In this document: positions 63,855-64,000 of the stretch, one piece after another
How the letters are laid out: the number at the start of each line of letters is the position of its first letter
Position numbering within the stretch: the stretch's first letter is position 1
NCBI RefSeq assembly: GCF_004010195.1
Contig: NC_057718.1
Span: 28,456,377-28,520,376 of the forward strand
Length of the DNA stretch: 64,000 nt
Reading direction: 5' to 3'
From: Chiloscyllium plagiosum
Taxonomy: Eukaryota
Position numbers and translations under genes: made by a program
Notes under the pieces: model-generated
What the model was told of the DNA's origin: nothing
The model's input: only the letters and a program-made list of their open reading frames with translations
Database searches by the model: none

Positions 63855-64000
63855 ATCCCTTTTCATTGATGGTATGGGACACTCCCAGATAACCTTTGTT
63901 TTCACATCCTGTGGGGCTTTCTGTCCCTGTGTAATAACATGACCCAGGAACATGACTCACTCTTAACCAGATTTATCACAAGTCAACATTCTGAAATCAA
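63855..64000 (-). mobile_element. Gypsy LTR retrotransposon pol fragment
   Basis: VNLVK..MFLGHVITQGQKAPQDVKTKVIWECPIPSMKR, a Gypsy RT C-terminal motif. Confidence 0.6.

Overview
Eukaryotic, repeat-dense vertebrate DNA, most likely from a shark or other elasmobranch (inferred from HE1-like V-SINEs and HER1-like CR1 LINEs). The only host gene I can support is the mismatch-repair gene MSH2 on the minus strand. Exons 1 and 3-11 map with canonical GT-AG sites, and exons 3-11 have the same lengths as in human. Exon 2 is not in the called sequence and probably lies in the 599-N gap. Exons 12-16 lie off the left edge. A CpG-island promoter with a GC-box VNTR sits at about 44.7-45.75 kb. The rest is layered transposon debris: CR1, L2, tRNA-SINEs, a Harbinger Myb-protein remnant, Gypsy pieces and several Penelope-like element (PLE) families. 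The most striking hidden structure is about 15 minimal hammerhead-ribozyme motifs of four sequence types in PLE termini. Three of them sit in 100-145 bp inserts with exact 11-16 bp target-site duplications. Inserts from three families share an inverted architecture in which one arm lacks a ~35-40 nt tail. Repeat family names come from recall, not a database search, and repeat boundaries are approximate.
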